Shown piece after piece: positions 38,599 to 51,497 of a DNA stretch of 64,000 nt. Under the pieces are notes generated by a model that had not been told where the DNA came from, made no database searches, and saw only the letters and a program-made list of their open reading frames with translations. The translations under genes were made by a program, and so were the position numbers. The DNA lies in NCBI GenBank assembly GCA_038496445.1, contig JALMLS010000033.1:24676-88675 (forward strand), given 5' to 3'. This stretch comes from Trichosphaerium sp. ATCC 40318 (taxonomy: Eukaryota; Protista; Tubulinea). Positions within the stretch are counted from its first letter, which is position 1; every line of letters starts with the position of its first letter.

Positions 38599-41218
38599 TC
38601 AAGACTGAACTCTTTTTCTCTTTCTACCTCCTGGATCCTCATTCTCTTTGTTATTTACTTCATACTCATGAGTATCTTCTTTATCAGAGCGAGAACGTCT
38701 AGCTTTCTGTGTTACACTATCTCTATTCTTTTTCTTTGCTTGAAAAGTGTCGTCGCTTTCATCTTTCCACTTGGCAAGCTTTTGTTCAATCTTACGGTTA
38801 GCTCCATTCGTATCGAAACCAAGAGCTACTTCAAGTTGTTTCTTAAAGTTTATAACAAGTCTCACGTGATCTTTTGTGAATTCTTCACGTGTTTCAGAAT
38901 CAGTTAATATGACATGTAGCATATGAGCCAAGTTATTAATAAGGAAGGGAATGTACATCTAAAACGGAAAAACGAACAGTTAGAACACAGAAAATTTATT
39001 GAAATGAAGTCTTTTTATTTGTTCTATACGTACCCTGAGGTTGCCGCTGAGGTGTTTTTTTAATAGAATTGCACCATGGCCTTTGGTTGTATCAACTACT
39101 TTGGATAAAAAAGTACCCTATACATAATGTTAATACAACCTTTTGAAATTTGTTTTTAGCTAATTTTTTTGTTTTTTCAACAAACGAACCTTAAAGTCAG
39201 GACCATCATGAAGACTAGCTACAAGTTTAAACAAGTACATATAAAGCTCCTTATTTCTTGATTTGAATTCTTGAACAAAAAGTCCTGGACGAAGGCTCAA
39301 ATGGCTTAAAATATGTTGTGTCGCTAAAAGAAAAATTAGGACAACATTTGAAAATAAACAAAAAATTAATAGCAATTACCAATGCGAATCAACATGCGCT
39401 TGTAGTGATCATTATAAGATAATTTCTCTGCTAAACGAACGCCTTCTATCTTTACATCATTATTAAACCTTCTGTGACCATCTACAGCGTCTATTGGAAG
39501 ACATTAGCACAAAAAAAGAAAAACAATTTATAACACGATTATGTAAAAGTTTCCCTATCCAACGCTTGTTATTTGTAGCATAGCAAGGCAACAACAGCAC
39601 TGATAGGCAACAATATAATCGAACAAATAAGTACTTACTCCCTGATATATCAACTAGTACAGACACTAGTTTATGAAAGTTTTTACGTGTTGTCTTGCCA
39701 TTTGAAATGATGCTTAAAAAGTTTGGCTCAACAAATTCGCAAAGGCGATATAAAAGCCTAATACATCCCAAAATAGCGCTCAGTGATTGCCTGCTATCCT
39801 ATATACAATATAAGGCTCAAAGAACACCAACGACGCCAATACAGCAGAAAAACAACCAAAATCCCGAGAATATATTCGAGAGTTCAGAATATAGCTCTTT
39901 AGTTTTTGCTCCTTTACTCAACTGTCATTAGAAGACGCACCTTGAGAATCTCTGTGCAGAGAAAAACGAATTTCCCATCAATAAAACGATTCGGTTTCAG
40001 GAATAAGTCTACAAAATTCCCACTGTACGTGAGCCCATCCAAGCAATTAAATACAGCCATTTCTAATTTAGTAATCTAGATATATATATCAGGTTAACAA
40101 GTAGATTAAAATAAGCAAATAAAGCAACTAAACGAAGAATAGATCAGGTTTTTCTTCAGAAAAAAATCCAACAAATTGCGTAATTGACGTGTAGGCGAAC
40201 ATACCACAGCTGGATATGTTGGTCCTTTATTCTTTAGTATACTTCTGTGTTGTAACAGGGATTCTAGCAAATCAAGAGTTGCCTGTAAGTTATATTAGAT
40301 GAGCAAACAGCGACAGCTCAGAGCTAAAAGTTAACGCACTTGAATGAATAACTCTAGTTTTGGGTGATTTACAACCTTGTTCAAGAACGGCCTGTCATCA
40401 GGTTCTGCTGTGAATATATGCTCCATCAGAATATAAACTAAACGCATTGTATGCGCGCAAGTCTCTTTAACGCGCAAATCTAAAAAAAAGTTAAAAAAAA
40501 AGTAAAACGCAAAAACCAAAGCTCTACAGTACCACTTGTTGATGTAAACCATTTTAAATGCGTTAACTATATCTTATTAATACCATTATATATAAAACAA
40601 GTCATATTACTTGTTTTAATGAGTATCTAAAGCGTAAATATGAAAAAAGTTTTCATCCAAATTAGTCGCATTTTAAATCTTTAATTAAATTAAAACCGTT
40701 TTTAAACAGATTGTGATTGCCTATACGCTATTCAGGACGTACCAATACGCTAAAGCATAGATCAGCAATACAATCAAGACTACCAACACTAAGTAGTATA
40801 GCGTCTAGCACGAGACTAAGTCCATAGCTCGTTAAAAACAGCTTGTGGAGTAAGGTCATGGCTTGAAGTATGTATTGATGTGACGCTTGTTTAGAGTGCT
40901 CTGTGAGGTCCGAGTCTTTTGCAAGAAGGCAGGCCAGTAAATGTTTTGGTAAGAATCCGCATAATTTCTTTAGATCTATCCTGCTTTTGGCGCCAGGGTT
41001 GTATTTAGAGTGCACTGCAATGATCAAGTCTATTAAAGGTAAGAAAGTTGCATTAGTGCTGTAGAAAACGCACCATCAGCTAAGGAAACCTTTTTTTTCA
41101 GTTCTTTTACTGTAAGAGGTTCCAGAAGTTCAATTATCGTAGAATTATCAGTTACTACTTCTTCGTGTTTCTTGTGAGCCTCTTCTAGCGATTTCTTTAA
41201 AGCAACGCGAAGCGACAT
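38599..41218 (-). CDS. Homologue of the plant Nodulin homeobox (NDX) N-terminal domain, no homeodomain visible
   Basis: IDLKKLCGFLPKHLLACLL, QYILQAMTLLHKLF, VVNHPKLELFI, LLYRLCEFVEPNFL, EGVRLAEKLSYNDHYK, LFKLVASLH and DHVRLVINFKKQL occur in the same order as recalled NDX blocks. Basic NLS-like tail RKRKRVQS. Confidence 0.65.
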
Positions 41219-41448
41219 GAAGTTTAAAGGTCCAAAGATGCAAAATACTTTAAATGCTCAGCCACGCAGATAGCGTTGGCGGAACTGAGCACCCCCAAGG
41301 CTGGATATATCCAATCTCCAAACAGTTCACTCGTGTATTGCGTTGAGTGCCTAGAAATTGTAAAACAGTTAAAAAATATTTAGGTCACGATTTTTCTTAC
41401 AACGCTGAATTCGTTCGCAATTAACTGTCAAAGAAACCCACTGAGACA

Positions 41449-41950
41449 ATGGCAGCCGTCATTCGTGCTAAAAAAGTATTTTCTATACCCAAGCCTTCTC
41501 GGCGAGCTCAAATATTGGGTTTGTACAGAGCTACACTGCGGGTACTGCCTATTGTTTCCTTGTACTATATAACACTGGTTAGCAAGGTGAATACATGTCA
41601 ACACAAACAAGAAAGGATTGGCTTCAGACAAGATGCAGAAAAGAGTACAGGGAATGCAAGAAATTAACAGATCCAGAAGAAATTGAGCGTAAATTAACGT
41701 TTGCGCGTACGTTAAACAAAAATAATGCGTAAATTGACTATAAGGGCTCTAAACCGCTGTATAAATAGGTGATTCACTTGATAATGCAATCGCACAAGCT
41801 GAATCTTTACGTAAATGGGCTAGGTCTGAGGATATCAAAGAACAAGAAAAAAAACTTCGTGTGACCGGTCCAAAAAAGAAAAAGGCTCTTTATGATATTG
41901 TAGCAAAAGAGTATGGTGGAACCATTTCGGAAAATCCAGAAACAAAGTAG
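41449..41950 (+). CDS. Mitochondrial LYR-motif (Complex1_LYR) protein
   Basis: QILGLYRATLR-QGEYM..RKEYRECKKLTDPEEIERKL across three exons, with a basic N-terminus. Confidence 0.8.
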
Positions 41951-42202
41951 CTTATCTCGAGAATCACTTTCATCTTTGCACGTGTCCAAAAAATATGTAA
42001 ATAAAAAATATGTAACAAGACGTCGACTCTTTATCTCCATCTCTCTAATAAATGCAATACTAGCTACCTCAAATGACCAATTGTTGCACTCAATACCGAC
42101 TTCATTTGGCAAGATGCTTTGTACATATTTTCTTTTTATTGGCTGCATACAATGTGAACCTTTGCCTACTTTCTGATTTGCCAAGTTTGTTTTATGAACA
42201 AC

Positions 42203-42904
42203 TTAGGTTGTTAATTCTCCATTCAGATAGGTGCGTGATACAAGTACTCCAGCAACTCTTTCCGTGTGTTCTCCGTGTAGTAATCCTTCTCTGTAATTAC
42301 AGTCCAACCTAATCAAACCACTTCTGCTGTATGACTTCATAGGACCATGCCATTTGCCTTCTTTGTAGGAACACTTGCACGCCATAGTCCCATTATCATG
42401 CCACTCTTCATAACTACCTTCCAAGACATCATTTTTTATACGATACTTTTGGTACAGTTTGCCATCTTTAAACCACTTGGTTACTTCTCCATCGACTTTA
42501 TTCTTCTTGAAGTATCTCACACTACGTAGTTGCTTATCATTATAATAAGTCAGGTACTTTCCTTCCATCTCGCCGTCTTTACAAAAAAAGTGAAAAAGCA
42601 CTTGTCCATCGTCTATTCTGTACTGCTCACCGTGCCGTAAACCGTCTCTATATTGTCTTCTATACCATATAGATGGCATGCTACCAGTATTCTCCCTATT
42701 TAAATACTCTTCAAACACTCCATGCTGTTCAAGCTTTGAGTCCTTAAAAATATAGCGTGTTGATAACGCAGCAGTTAAACAGAGCGTTGGCCATAGTTGT
42801 CTGATGTAGTCGTTTGGTTTGGAGATCATTTCTCTTATTTCAAGCGGTAAATTGAATAGATAGCATCTACAGACAATAAATATATTGAAGAATGTTCTCG
42901 ACAT
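42203..42904 (-). CDS. F-box-like + MORN-variant (YwqK-like) repeat protein, intronless ORF
   Basis: LFNLPLEIREMI followed by repeats of type YKEGKWHGPMKSYSRSG and KNDVLEGSYEEWHDNG. Confidence 0.85.
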   Translation of the reverse strand: MSRTFFNIFIVCRCYLFNLPLEIREMISKPNDYIRQLWPTLCLTAALSTRYIFKDSKLEQHGVFEEYLNRENTGSMPSIWYRRQYRDGLRHGEQYRIDDGQVLFHFFCKDGEMEGKYLTYYNDKQLRSVRYFKKNKVDGEVTKWFKDGKLYQKYRIKNDVLEGSYEEWHDNGTMACKCSYKEGKWHGPMKSYSRSGLIRLDCNYREGLLHGEHTERVAGVLVSRTYLNGELTT

Positions 42905-42995
42905 ACTTTTCCAGTCCGTAACGCGTTGTGCACACAGTATGTAGCATAGTGAAAAAACCGAAGATTCATTGAATTAATAGTCAACGTAATGAACT

Positions 42996-44184
42996 TTATT
43001 TTTTAGTGCTCATTGGTAGGCCTGAAGATAAAAATCCGCCATCTACATTCAAACATGCACCATTAATCATACCAGCAGCATCTGTCATCATGAACGCTAT
43101 TATTTTGGAAACCTGTGGACGAGTCAAAACAAAAACTTTGTGAAAACAAAAACGTTGTTTGTTATTCATGCCTCTTCTGGAGATGCAAATCTACCCATTG
43201 GTATGCGGGCAAGATGTGGTCCTGACTTTGCTGGGTCAGACCAACCTACTTTACCCATTTCTGTCAATACAACTGTAGGGTTAACAGAGCAAACACGAAT
43301 ATTTTTTGGGCCTAACTCATACGCCTAAAATGAGACTTGAGTACATAATCTTAACCCAAAAGGTACCATCATCTTTGTTAGCATGTCTAATCCAGCTTTG
43401 CTTGTGTTGTACGCAACGTGATTTTCTAAGGCTACTTGAGAAGCCTAGACAAGGTTTATGATTAATGTTGTTTTAAAGGTTGGAAGAGCGCATACTTGAG
43501 AAGAAACATTGATAATAACACCTCCGTTTCCACGTGCAACCATTTTTTTTGCTACAATCTGAGATAAAAAAAATGGACTTGTTAAGTTCAACGCCATTGT
43601 GATGTCCCAGTCTTCTTCTTTAAAATCAAGAACCGTTCCCATTTTTGCTATAGCTGCATTGTTTACAAGAACGTCTATATCGCCTACCTTGAGTAAGCGA
43701 TAAAGTCGTTTGAGGTGAAAAACAAAAAAATTGAAAAACTTTTCTGAATACCTATTTTGTCTTTTAGCGCTTTAACTTCTTCTCGCTTTGAGAGGTCGCA
43801 TTGTATCATAAGACAAGCATCTCGCTTTCCTAAAGCGTCCAGACTCTCTTTTGTAGTTTTTAATTGTTCTTCGTTTCTAGATACGCCTATATCATATTGG
43901 AGAGTGCGCTAGCGCGTAATTGATGATAATATGAGGTAATTTAGCGAAAAACGTGCCAATAACAAAACCACCGCTCTTAACAATAAGATCTGACAATGAA
44001 CGACCTATACCACGCGTTGCGCCTGTAATTAATACTAGAAGCAGTTAAAAAAAACGTTATAAAGGATACAATTGAAAGTTGAACCTCTTTTCCCTTCAAA
44101 GTTATATTGTACGGATGCTTGTTGTTCTATTTTTTGCCTTTTGGCTGTTGGAGCTAATTGTTCTTCTGCGGCGCGTTTTGACAT
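42996..44184 (-). CDS. Short-chain dehydrogenase/reductase, L-xylulose-reductase-like
   Basis: [44 protein letters not shown] and LNVDGG. Confidence 0.92.
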
Positions 44185-45174
44185 TGCTTTATTTTTTTTT
44201 TTTGCGTTTCGGTCCTTAAGATTTGAGTCAAGACTTTTTACTTGCTGCCAATTTTTTCATCGCTTTTTACCAATGATGTTTAGAAGGCTTACTACTATCA
44301 CGGTTGATTCAGCCAAATTTTTTACAAAGCATACTTTAGAAAGTTGCGAGGAATACTAATCACGTGACTGTATTACATGCTAAAGCTGAACAATGGCAAC
44401 AATATACTATCACAGCTTCAACAAGGTATAACGTACAAACCCTCATACCAACCCAAAAGCAATGTAATACGCCACCATAGGTTGCCAGCTGTAAAGGTAT
44501 GAAATATGTAAATAATTTTGGTATGGGTTTTTATATCGCGAGGGTTTGAGACGGAGACATAACTTTTTCCGCTTGAGGCGAGGCTGCTGCTTCCATGCAG
44601 ATCACATTTACCAAATGCTTCATTTACAATTTCTATCAGAAGTGTAAATCCAGAATGGGCCATATACCGGAATTTTTCTAAATTCTGAAAACTGTGTTAC
44701 ACTGCCATCCATGATGGCGTGTTTAATGAAAATCACGAGACACAAAGTAAAAGCGTATTAAGAGAGCACCTTCTACTTGAAGGTTCCTTGCAAAACCAAC
44801 CCCGGAGTTATTTATATCCCGGACTAATGGAAACGCTTTATGCGAATAGCCGTGTGAGATGGGTAATGACAATTGCCACAAAACATCTGCCTTGGAACTA
44901 TACTAGGGAGCTCGAGTTGGTTTTGAAGTAAACATACACTGTTTTTATGATCTGGTTGCGTAGTTTGACACGTAAAGTTGTTCAAGTATTGTTCACGTGA
45001 TATGCACATCATGCGTTCTTAAGAAAAGTTTTGGTACGTTTCAATACGACGAGCAACCACTTTCTAATACTAGGTATGAAGCTAGGGAATGAAGCTAGGG
45101 AATGAAAGGTAGTATTACTATTCCACTTGAATTGTCTTTGGAAAACTGCCATCGCACATGTGTACTTTTTGAAC

Positions 45175-48100
45175 ATGACTATTCCAGTCAGCATGACAAG
45201 AGGTAACCACTCTTTCAAACATTTGTACTTACATTTTGAAGGTCTTGGAATATTGCTGGTACTATCACTATTGTGCAGTGCTTATTGCGCTAGCACCTAT
45301 GATCAACTGAACTCTTTGATCTTTAAAAACAAAGGTACTGCTACCCGTTTTGAACAACTTTTATTAAAACGTCGTACGTCCTCAATAACCATTCTGTAAG
45401 GTCGTGTTGACAATACAGATGTCTTTTTTCATAAAACGAAGTGTGGCGGTTACGTAGAACCTCTAAACGTAACAAAAGCGCGTTATTCATGGGATTTACG
45501 AGGTGACTACCCATTTTTGTTCAAACAAACCGGCGAGCCGTCAAAATGTAACGCTTCTGCGCCAATAAACTACAGAAATCTTCCTGGCATGGTACGAAGG
45601 TATTGCAGAGGCTAATAACTAAATCACGTGCTCGTAGGACTACAAAGCGATTATTCCTGATACAACTTCGGATACACTCTGCCAAAAAGCTTGTTGTGCC
45701 GATGTACAGTGTCGTGCATGGGTTTTCGAGTAAGAAAACTGACAGTCTTTCCTTTCTAACCCTCTGTTAGCAAAGCGGCGCCAGGAGATTTTATGAGCTG
45801 TACAAAGGTATTACTGTTGTATCGAACAAAATATCTTTGTAATTAAAACCGTTTAGGGGCAACCTTGCTGTTATCTTAAAAACGGCGTTCCTGAAGGCAA
45901 ATCTGACTCTTGTTGCTCTTCTGGTGTTGTTTCCAGACTTGATGGTACTACTCCACCTTCTGGCATGCGTAGTGCTGTACCACTAGGCGGATTTGGTGCA
46001 GGTTCTTTCGAAATTCGAACGGATGGTGAGTACTTTAGTCAATGTCTTGAACTTATTAACGCTGAAAAGGCGGTTTTTACGAATGGACTATTCAAAATCA
46101 ATCTCCTGGAGGAGCTGCCAAATATGGAGTTGTTCCAGATGCTACTCTAGGGTCCGTGTAACGCGTTTTTCAAGTCTCTACACAATCTTACTTTTTTCTT
46201 GCTTCAGACTTTGGACACCGGCTTATACAAGGTTGCTTCGTACTAAACCACCTCAAAACCTACCTGGTGTACAAGCACTTGAATACAGCGGCGCATGGCC
46301 TGTCGCTAAGCTGTCAGTCATTGATAATTTTCCAATCGATGCTTCAGTTTATGCACATCCGGAGTTCCAGGTGGGAAGCATCGAAGGATCTGCAACACCT
46401 GGAGTTTTCTTTACTGTGGCTTTATCTAATCCAACAAAAGGTAACAATAGTGCAGAATATTACACACGACAATAATCGTTTTGTTGTCTTGTTATCGATC
46501 GCGACTCACACTTTTTTGGATAGAGCCTCAAGAAGTTGGGTTCCTACTTAACTTGCCACTGTCATATGAAGTTGATGTTCTCCGATATAGTGTAGCTAAT
46601 ACAACTGTTAGTGCCCTTAATCTTGCTGATTGCGCTTCAGTTTGCTCATCGAACACTTCTTGCGCTTCTTGGAGTTTTGATAAAAGCTGCTATCATCACC
46701 AAGATGTCCCACTAAACGTCTACAAACTTGGTGCCTACTCAGGTGTTGTGGGATCATGGACCAAATCAAGCTCGGGCGGATTAACCCTTACAAGAAAAGG
46801 AACAAACCCAGCTGCTGGAACAGCCTCACTCAAAGCCTTCGGAGACCTTAGCGCCCTAAGCGTTGGATACGCTTCATCAAATTCTTTGCCTGATATTTTC
46901 GAAACTTTCAAGAAATATGGAGACATATCTTCAATGCCTGAAATGTCTTATGCTTCTTATGGTGCAGCTAGTGTTAAAGGAACACTTAAACCTGGGGAAA
47001 ACGCAACAATGACAATAGCATTCGCATGGTAAGGTTTTTTTTCTTTAACTAAAGTACGAACTTAATATCTATTAAGGCACTTTCCATACCGTGATCAGAT
47101 GGGCGAAACTCTTGGTAATTTCTATAGAAATTTGTACTCCGACTCAACAGATGTTGTTACAAAAATGGTTAGTAGAGTGTCAACAACAGTAGACGAGATA
47201 GTGGCTGTTAACAACCTTTTCTACACAAACTCTTGGCCAGAATTTCTTCAAGATATTATGATGAACAGTGTAAGCCATTCTCGAACTGCCATGTATTTAG
47301 GTGATGGTAGAGTACGCCAATGGGAAGCGTATGATTGTGTAGGTAAGTACCCTAGACACTTTTAACTGTTCTAAAACGAGATTAGATGTAGACAGTGTAC
47401 ACAACGACTACCAACGAATGTTACCATACATGACATTTTGGCCTCAATCTCCGCAGAGTAAAATGAGAGGTTGGGCGAAATACCAGTTACCTTCAGGCAT
47501 GATTCAAGAAACATTGGCTCCTGGGTGTCAAGAAAAACCTAGCAAAATGGATGAAGCTCGTGGAAGAACTATGGCAGATGTTACCTCCTTGTTCGTCGTT
47601 GAAGCTCTTCAGATATATGAGTGGACAGGAGACGAAGTGTTCTTAAATGATATGAAGGATCACGTTATAGCAGCTGCTAATTGGCAAATGGATGTAACAA
47701 AGAAGTATGGAATACCTTATAGACTGATATGCACATACGACATTGTCAAACTACAAGAGTACGTTTCCTTAAACAAGAAACTGTTTTGTTTTGTACCCAG
47801 TTTTTCCGAAACTTACTTTGTTTTCTTAGTCACGATTTTGCATCATTTACTGCTTTTGTACATTTGTTATCGATGAGAGCTTGTTCTAAGATTGGGAAAA
47901 TTATTGGAAATAGTAGTTTGGAAAGTGCGTGTAATGAAAGCTTCAATAGAGGAGTTGAAGGTACCACAAAAAATCGTGAGGGGCTTTATTAATTTGTTTC
48001 CCAGCAATAAACAAATATCTTTGGAATGGCAAGTACTTCCGTGCTTGGAATGATGGGCCTAATGTAATGGCCGACACACTTTACGGACAAGTGTGGGCGT

Positions 48101-49071
48101 ATACCTTGGGTTTGGGAGAGCTTGTAGATGCAACACGGCTAAAGTACGTGCTCTATATTTAAAAGCCCGTTTATAATGAATACTAGAATGCAATTAAAAG
48201 CCGAAGAAGAGTATAATGATTCTGATTTTGGTCTTTCTGTAACATCTCCAGGCGATACTAACTCTTCTGCTATTGGTATTGATATTACTGAAAAACAAAT
48301 AAGCTGTGGTGGATCAATGGCTCATACAATATGGGGAGGAGGCTCACCAGATTGGTAAACGAAAAAGAGGCTTAAGTTTATTTTTCTAACTGGCAATGTC
48401 TAGGTCTGTCTTGAATATATGGCTTGGTAACGATATAACATATAGTATGTCGCAGGCTGAAAAGTCTCTTAATTATTGGAGGGATGGTATTCATGACCAA
48501 TGGAATATACACGCATTGCTTTCTGATAGCGATAAATCTTGGGGAGACCAAGCTGGATATCCTTACATTTCAAGCCATTATGGCTTTCACATGGTTCTTG
48601 TACGTACAAAAGTGCCTTTCTTATTTGTGAATAATTTATGTCACGTGCTCATACAAAGACCTGAAAGAATCTGTACTTCTTTGTTACTTTTTTTTTTTCA
48701 AAAAACAAAACTTACATCAAACAAAATTATTTTCTCCTTTCTCAGCCATAATCACGTGGGTTTTTTGTTCTTTAATCCGCCTTTACTTGTGTTTAATGTT
48801 GTTTGTTTGTTAGTGGCATATCCCTCTTGCATTATCTGGTCAGTACTATTCTGTTCCCGAGAGTGTATTATCGTTTAAACCACAACTTCAAGCACCATAC
48901 ACGCTGCCAGTATATTTACCTGGAGTACTTGCATTTATTAAAAAAGATGGCTCTCAATACACATTCGGTGTTGTCATTGGAAGTATTGAAGTAGATACAC
49001 TATCTATTGATAATCATGCGTACAAAACCAAAGTATCTCTTACAAAAGGTGAATCAATAGTTTGGAGTTAG
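45175..49071 (+). CDS. Secreted GH116 (GBA2-like beta-glucosidase / glucosylceramidase) with PAN/Apple modules
   Basis: Signal [70 protein letters not shown] and [14 protein letters not shown]-like [16 protein letters not shown] and [16 protein letters not shown]. Confidence 0.85.
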
Positions 49072-49132
49072 ATCAAAACTGTAAAGTTACTATTCAATAA
49101 ACTACGTATTGTACCCACTCAGGTTTCGTTTC

Positions 49133-49315
49133 TTAGGTGATACACTTAGCAAAGTCGTTTAAGACACTGAAAAGGTGAGCTACGGGAAGGAAATTAAAGC
49201 TAAGCCAATCAAAACCAATGTTTTGACGAATGATGTTGTTGAAGCTATGAGAAACAGCAGTAGCACCAAATCTAAACCCACATCTCAACAACGCTGAATA
49301 TAAAAGAGTAGCCAC
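49133..49315 (-). pseudogene. Truncated F-box fragment paralogous to the 5' part of 49367-50244
   Basis: AVSHSFNNIIRQNIGFDWL matches the DNA at about 50070-50128 (AVSHRFNN..IRQNIGFFWL). Confidence 0.5.
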
Positions 49316-49366
49316 TTGTCAATGTACGGTATGGTAAAGCTAGGTCGTTTTATTATGTTGTTTGCA

Positions 49367-50244
49367 CTACCATCTATCTTCTCTCCAAGTTATTCCTAGC
49401 GCCTCAACAGCGTCTTTGGTGACACGAGTTGCGTTACATGCATAAATAGATTTAAGTGATTTTAAGTGCACTAAACAATCATTCGTAATGTTCTTGCAAT
49501 TGTACAATTGAAGATGTTCAAGCTTGACAAGGTACTTCGTACCTGAGTCCGTAATCTTATCACAATCCAGAGTTCAAGTTTTTTGAGATTGGTCACGTGC
49601 TTTAAACCCGCATCTGTGATGTCGTTACAGTCATCCAAGCTCAAGTTTTTGATGTTTTTCAAAGGTACAATCATCGTCTAGACATTTGTAGCAAATTGAA
49701 ACTGCACATTGCCAAATTGTGCCATTCATCAACTTCTAATCTGAGATCTTCTTTATCTTTTTCATGGGTACAACCAGTAACACGGCAGTCATACATGGTT
49801 ACAGTATGTACTGATTTTAGAGGCTCAAGCGACATATCAACACTATTTGGATAGTACAAGTTAACTGAGTGAACTGGGGGGATGTCCGTTTACTAAAGCA
49901 AGAAGACCAGCCTTTGTAAATGTTACATAACCTAGATTTATGGTGTGAACACCTTTAAGACAAGCCAAGTCATTTGTAGAAAGTTCTAATCCTGCGTCAA
50001 ATTGTATAATTGTGTTTCTCAAAAAAGGACTGCCTTTGAGAAAGCACAATCTGACGGTTGTTTCTACTTTAGCCAAAAGAAACCAATATTTTGCCTAATA
50101 ATGTTGTTGAAGCGATGTGAAACAGCAAGCACGAATGAAGCACTTCGTAAGTAGTAGGCGCCGTAGAATAAGCGTTAGTATCTTGTTCGGTACTCGTTCA
50201 GAAACTTCATCTTGTGGAATTACTATTTGTCGTTCTGTTGCCAT
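49367..50244 (-). pseudogene. F-box / cysteine-containing LRR gene with at least three frameshifts
   Basis: LRR units LSLDDCNDITDAGLKH, DCDKITDSGTKYL and LYNCKNITNDCL lie in different frames. Breaks at about 49878 (C run), 49680 and 49567, with no intron signals. Confidence 0.7.
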
Positions 50245-50440
50245 GTTGTGTTGCTATGTAGGTAAATGTTGATTCTTTAAACGTAAAAATATTAAATAAC
50301 ACAGGTGCAAAGAAAACCGATTGTACCTTTAATCTACTGTTAACGCGTTGGTAGTGGCAACACAACAAGACAATTGCATTTAACGAAATTCAATATTTAT
50401 TAAATTTAGATTGCACACTCAGTTAACTGAGTTGAAAAAA

Positions 50441-50513
50441 CTCCCGACGAGGGTCTCGATCCCTCGACCGTACGGTTAAGAGCCGTACGCTCTACCAACT
50501 GAGCTAGCCGGGA
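50441..50513 (-). tRNA. tRNA-Lys(CTT), 73 nt
   Basis: Full cloverleaf: TCCCGGC/GTCGGGA, GCTC/GAGC, TACGG/CCGTA with loop CTCTTAA, GAGGG/CCCTC, G73, then a T6 Pol III terminator. Confidence 0.95.
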
Positions 50514-51497
50514 CTTGTCGATGGGTTTGAGTAACGTTTATTGGGATTCTATAAAATCTAAACCTGTCAATAATTAGTTTTAGAGTAGTACGCACAAACA
50601 CCATAAACGTTCCAGTAGTTTTCCAAAACGTACACTTTATACATACAGTGCTACATTGAAAGTTGTTAATTATTGGCACATCAGAAAAGCATGACACAAC
50701 TTGCTGCTTTTCCTGTTTAACTTATTTTCTTGTTTAGGCGTATGTGTTACTTTTGTAGATGAATGTACCATGAGCCAAGTACTACAAATAGGAGCTACTT
50801 AACTTAGGTGACAACGTAAAGGCCATTACGAATGTGCAATTTTGTTTTTACATTGTGCTATAGTTCAAGATGACTCTGGCTCTCGATTGAAAGTCTGGCG
50901 AATTACCCCTACTCCGCAACCCTGTGTCACAGGTATGAGTAAAATACCTACGCAACCCATACCAAGAGAAACTCAGAGTAGTAGCTACCATTAAAAACAC
51001 AACAAGTTACTTTGTCTTTTTAAAGCGAAGATTTGAACAAACTTTTCATGCATGAATGAATATGTTATTGCACGTGTACAAACACCACAACGTCCCTTGA
51101 AAAACTTGTATTATTGTTGAGTACAATAAATAGTCTTTGTTTTGTTATGAAAATACAGCCATATTTAGGCGGTTCATTTGGCATACTTCAAGGGAACGGA
51201 AGCAGGTACTAATCCTCTTTTTTTTTTCCCCAACAAATGTGGTTCAACACCTAATATAGAGCAGCGAACTTGTAGTGAATTAGATGTTTCAAAACACGTT
51301 TAAATTGCTTAGCTTAAATTTGTAGTTCATTTTCTTTTGAAAGCAGACAAGAACTGATACAGATATGGTGCCAAACACTAACAACATTTTTTACAGTAGA
51401 GTCATAAGGACTACGGCCCCTTTTATTTAGCGCATCTCCGAGCACAAGACTACAATTTGAAATGAAGGCTAATAATGAGTTTATTAAGATAACGAAC

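Noticed and set aside
45076-45106. 13-bp tandem repeat ATGAAGCTAGGGA (about 2.4 copies) upstream of GH116
   Set aside because: Too short to distinguish from a simple slippage duplication.
50476-50697. Duplicated small ORFs ending PASSVGRAYGS (also 53127..53330)
   Set aside because: They run into the tRNA sequence and start at GTG. The conservation reflects the DNA duplication.
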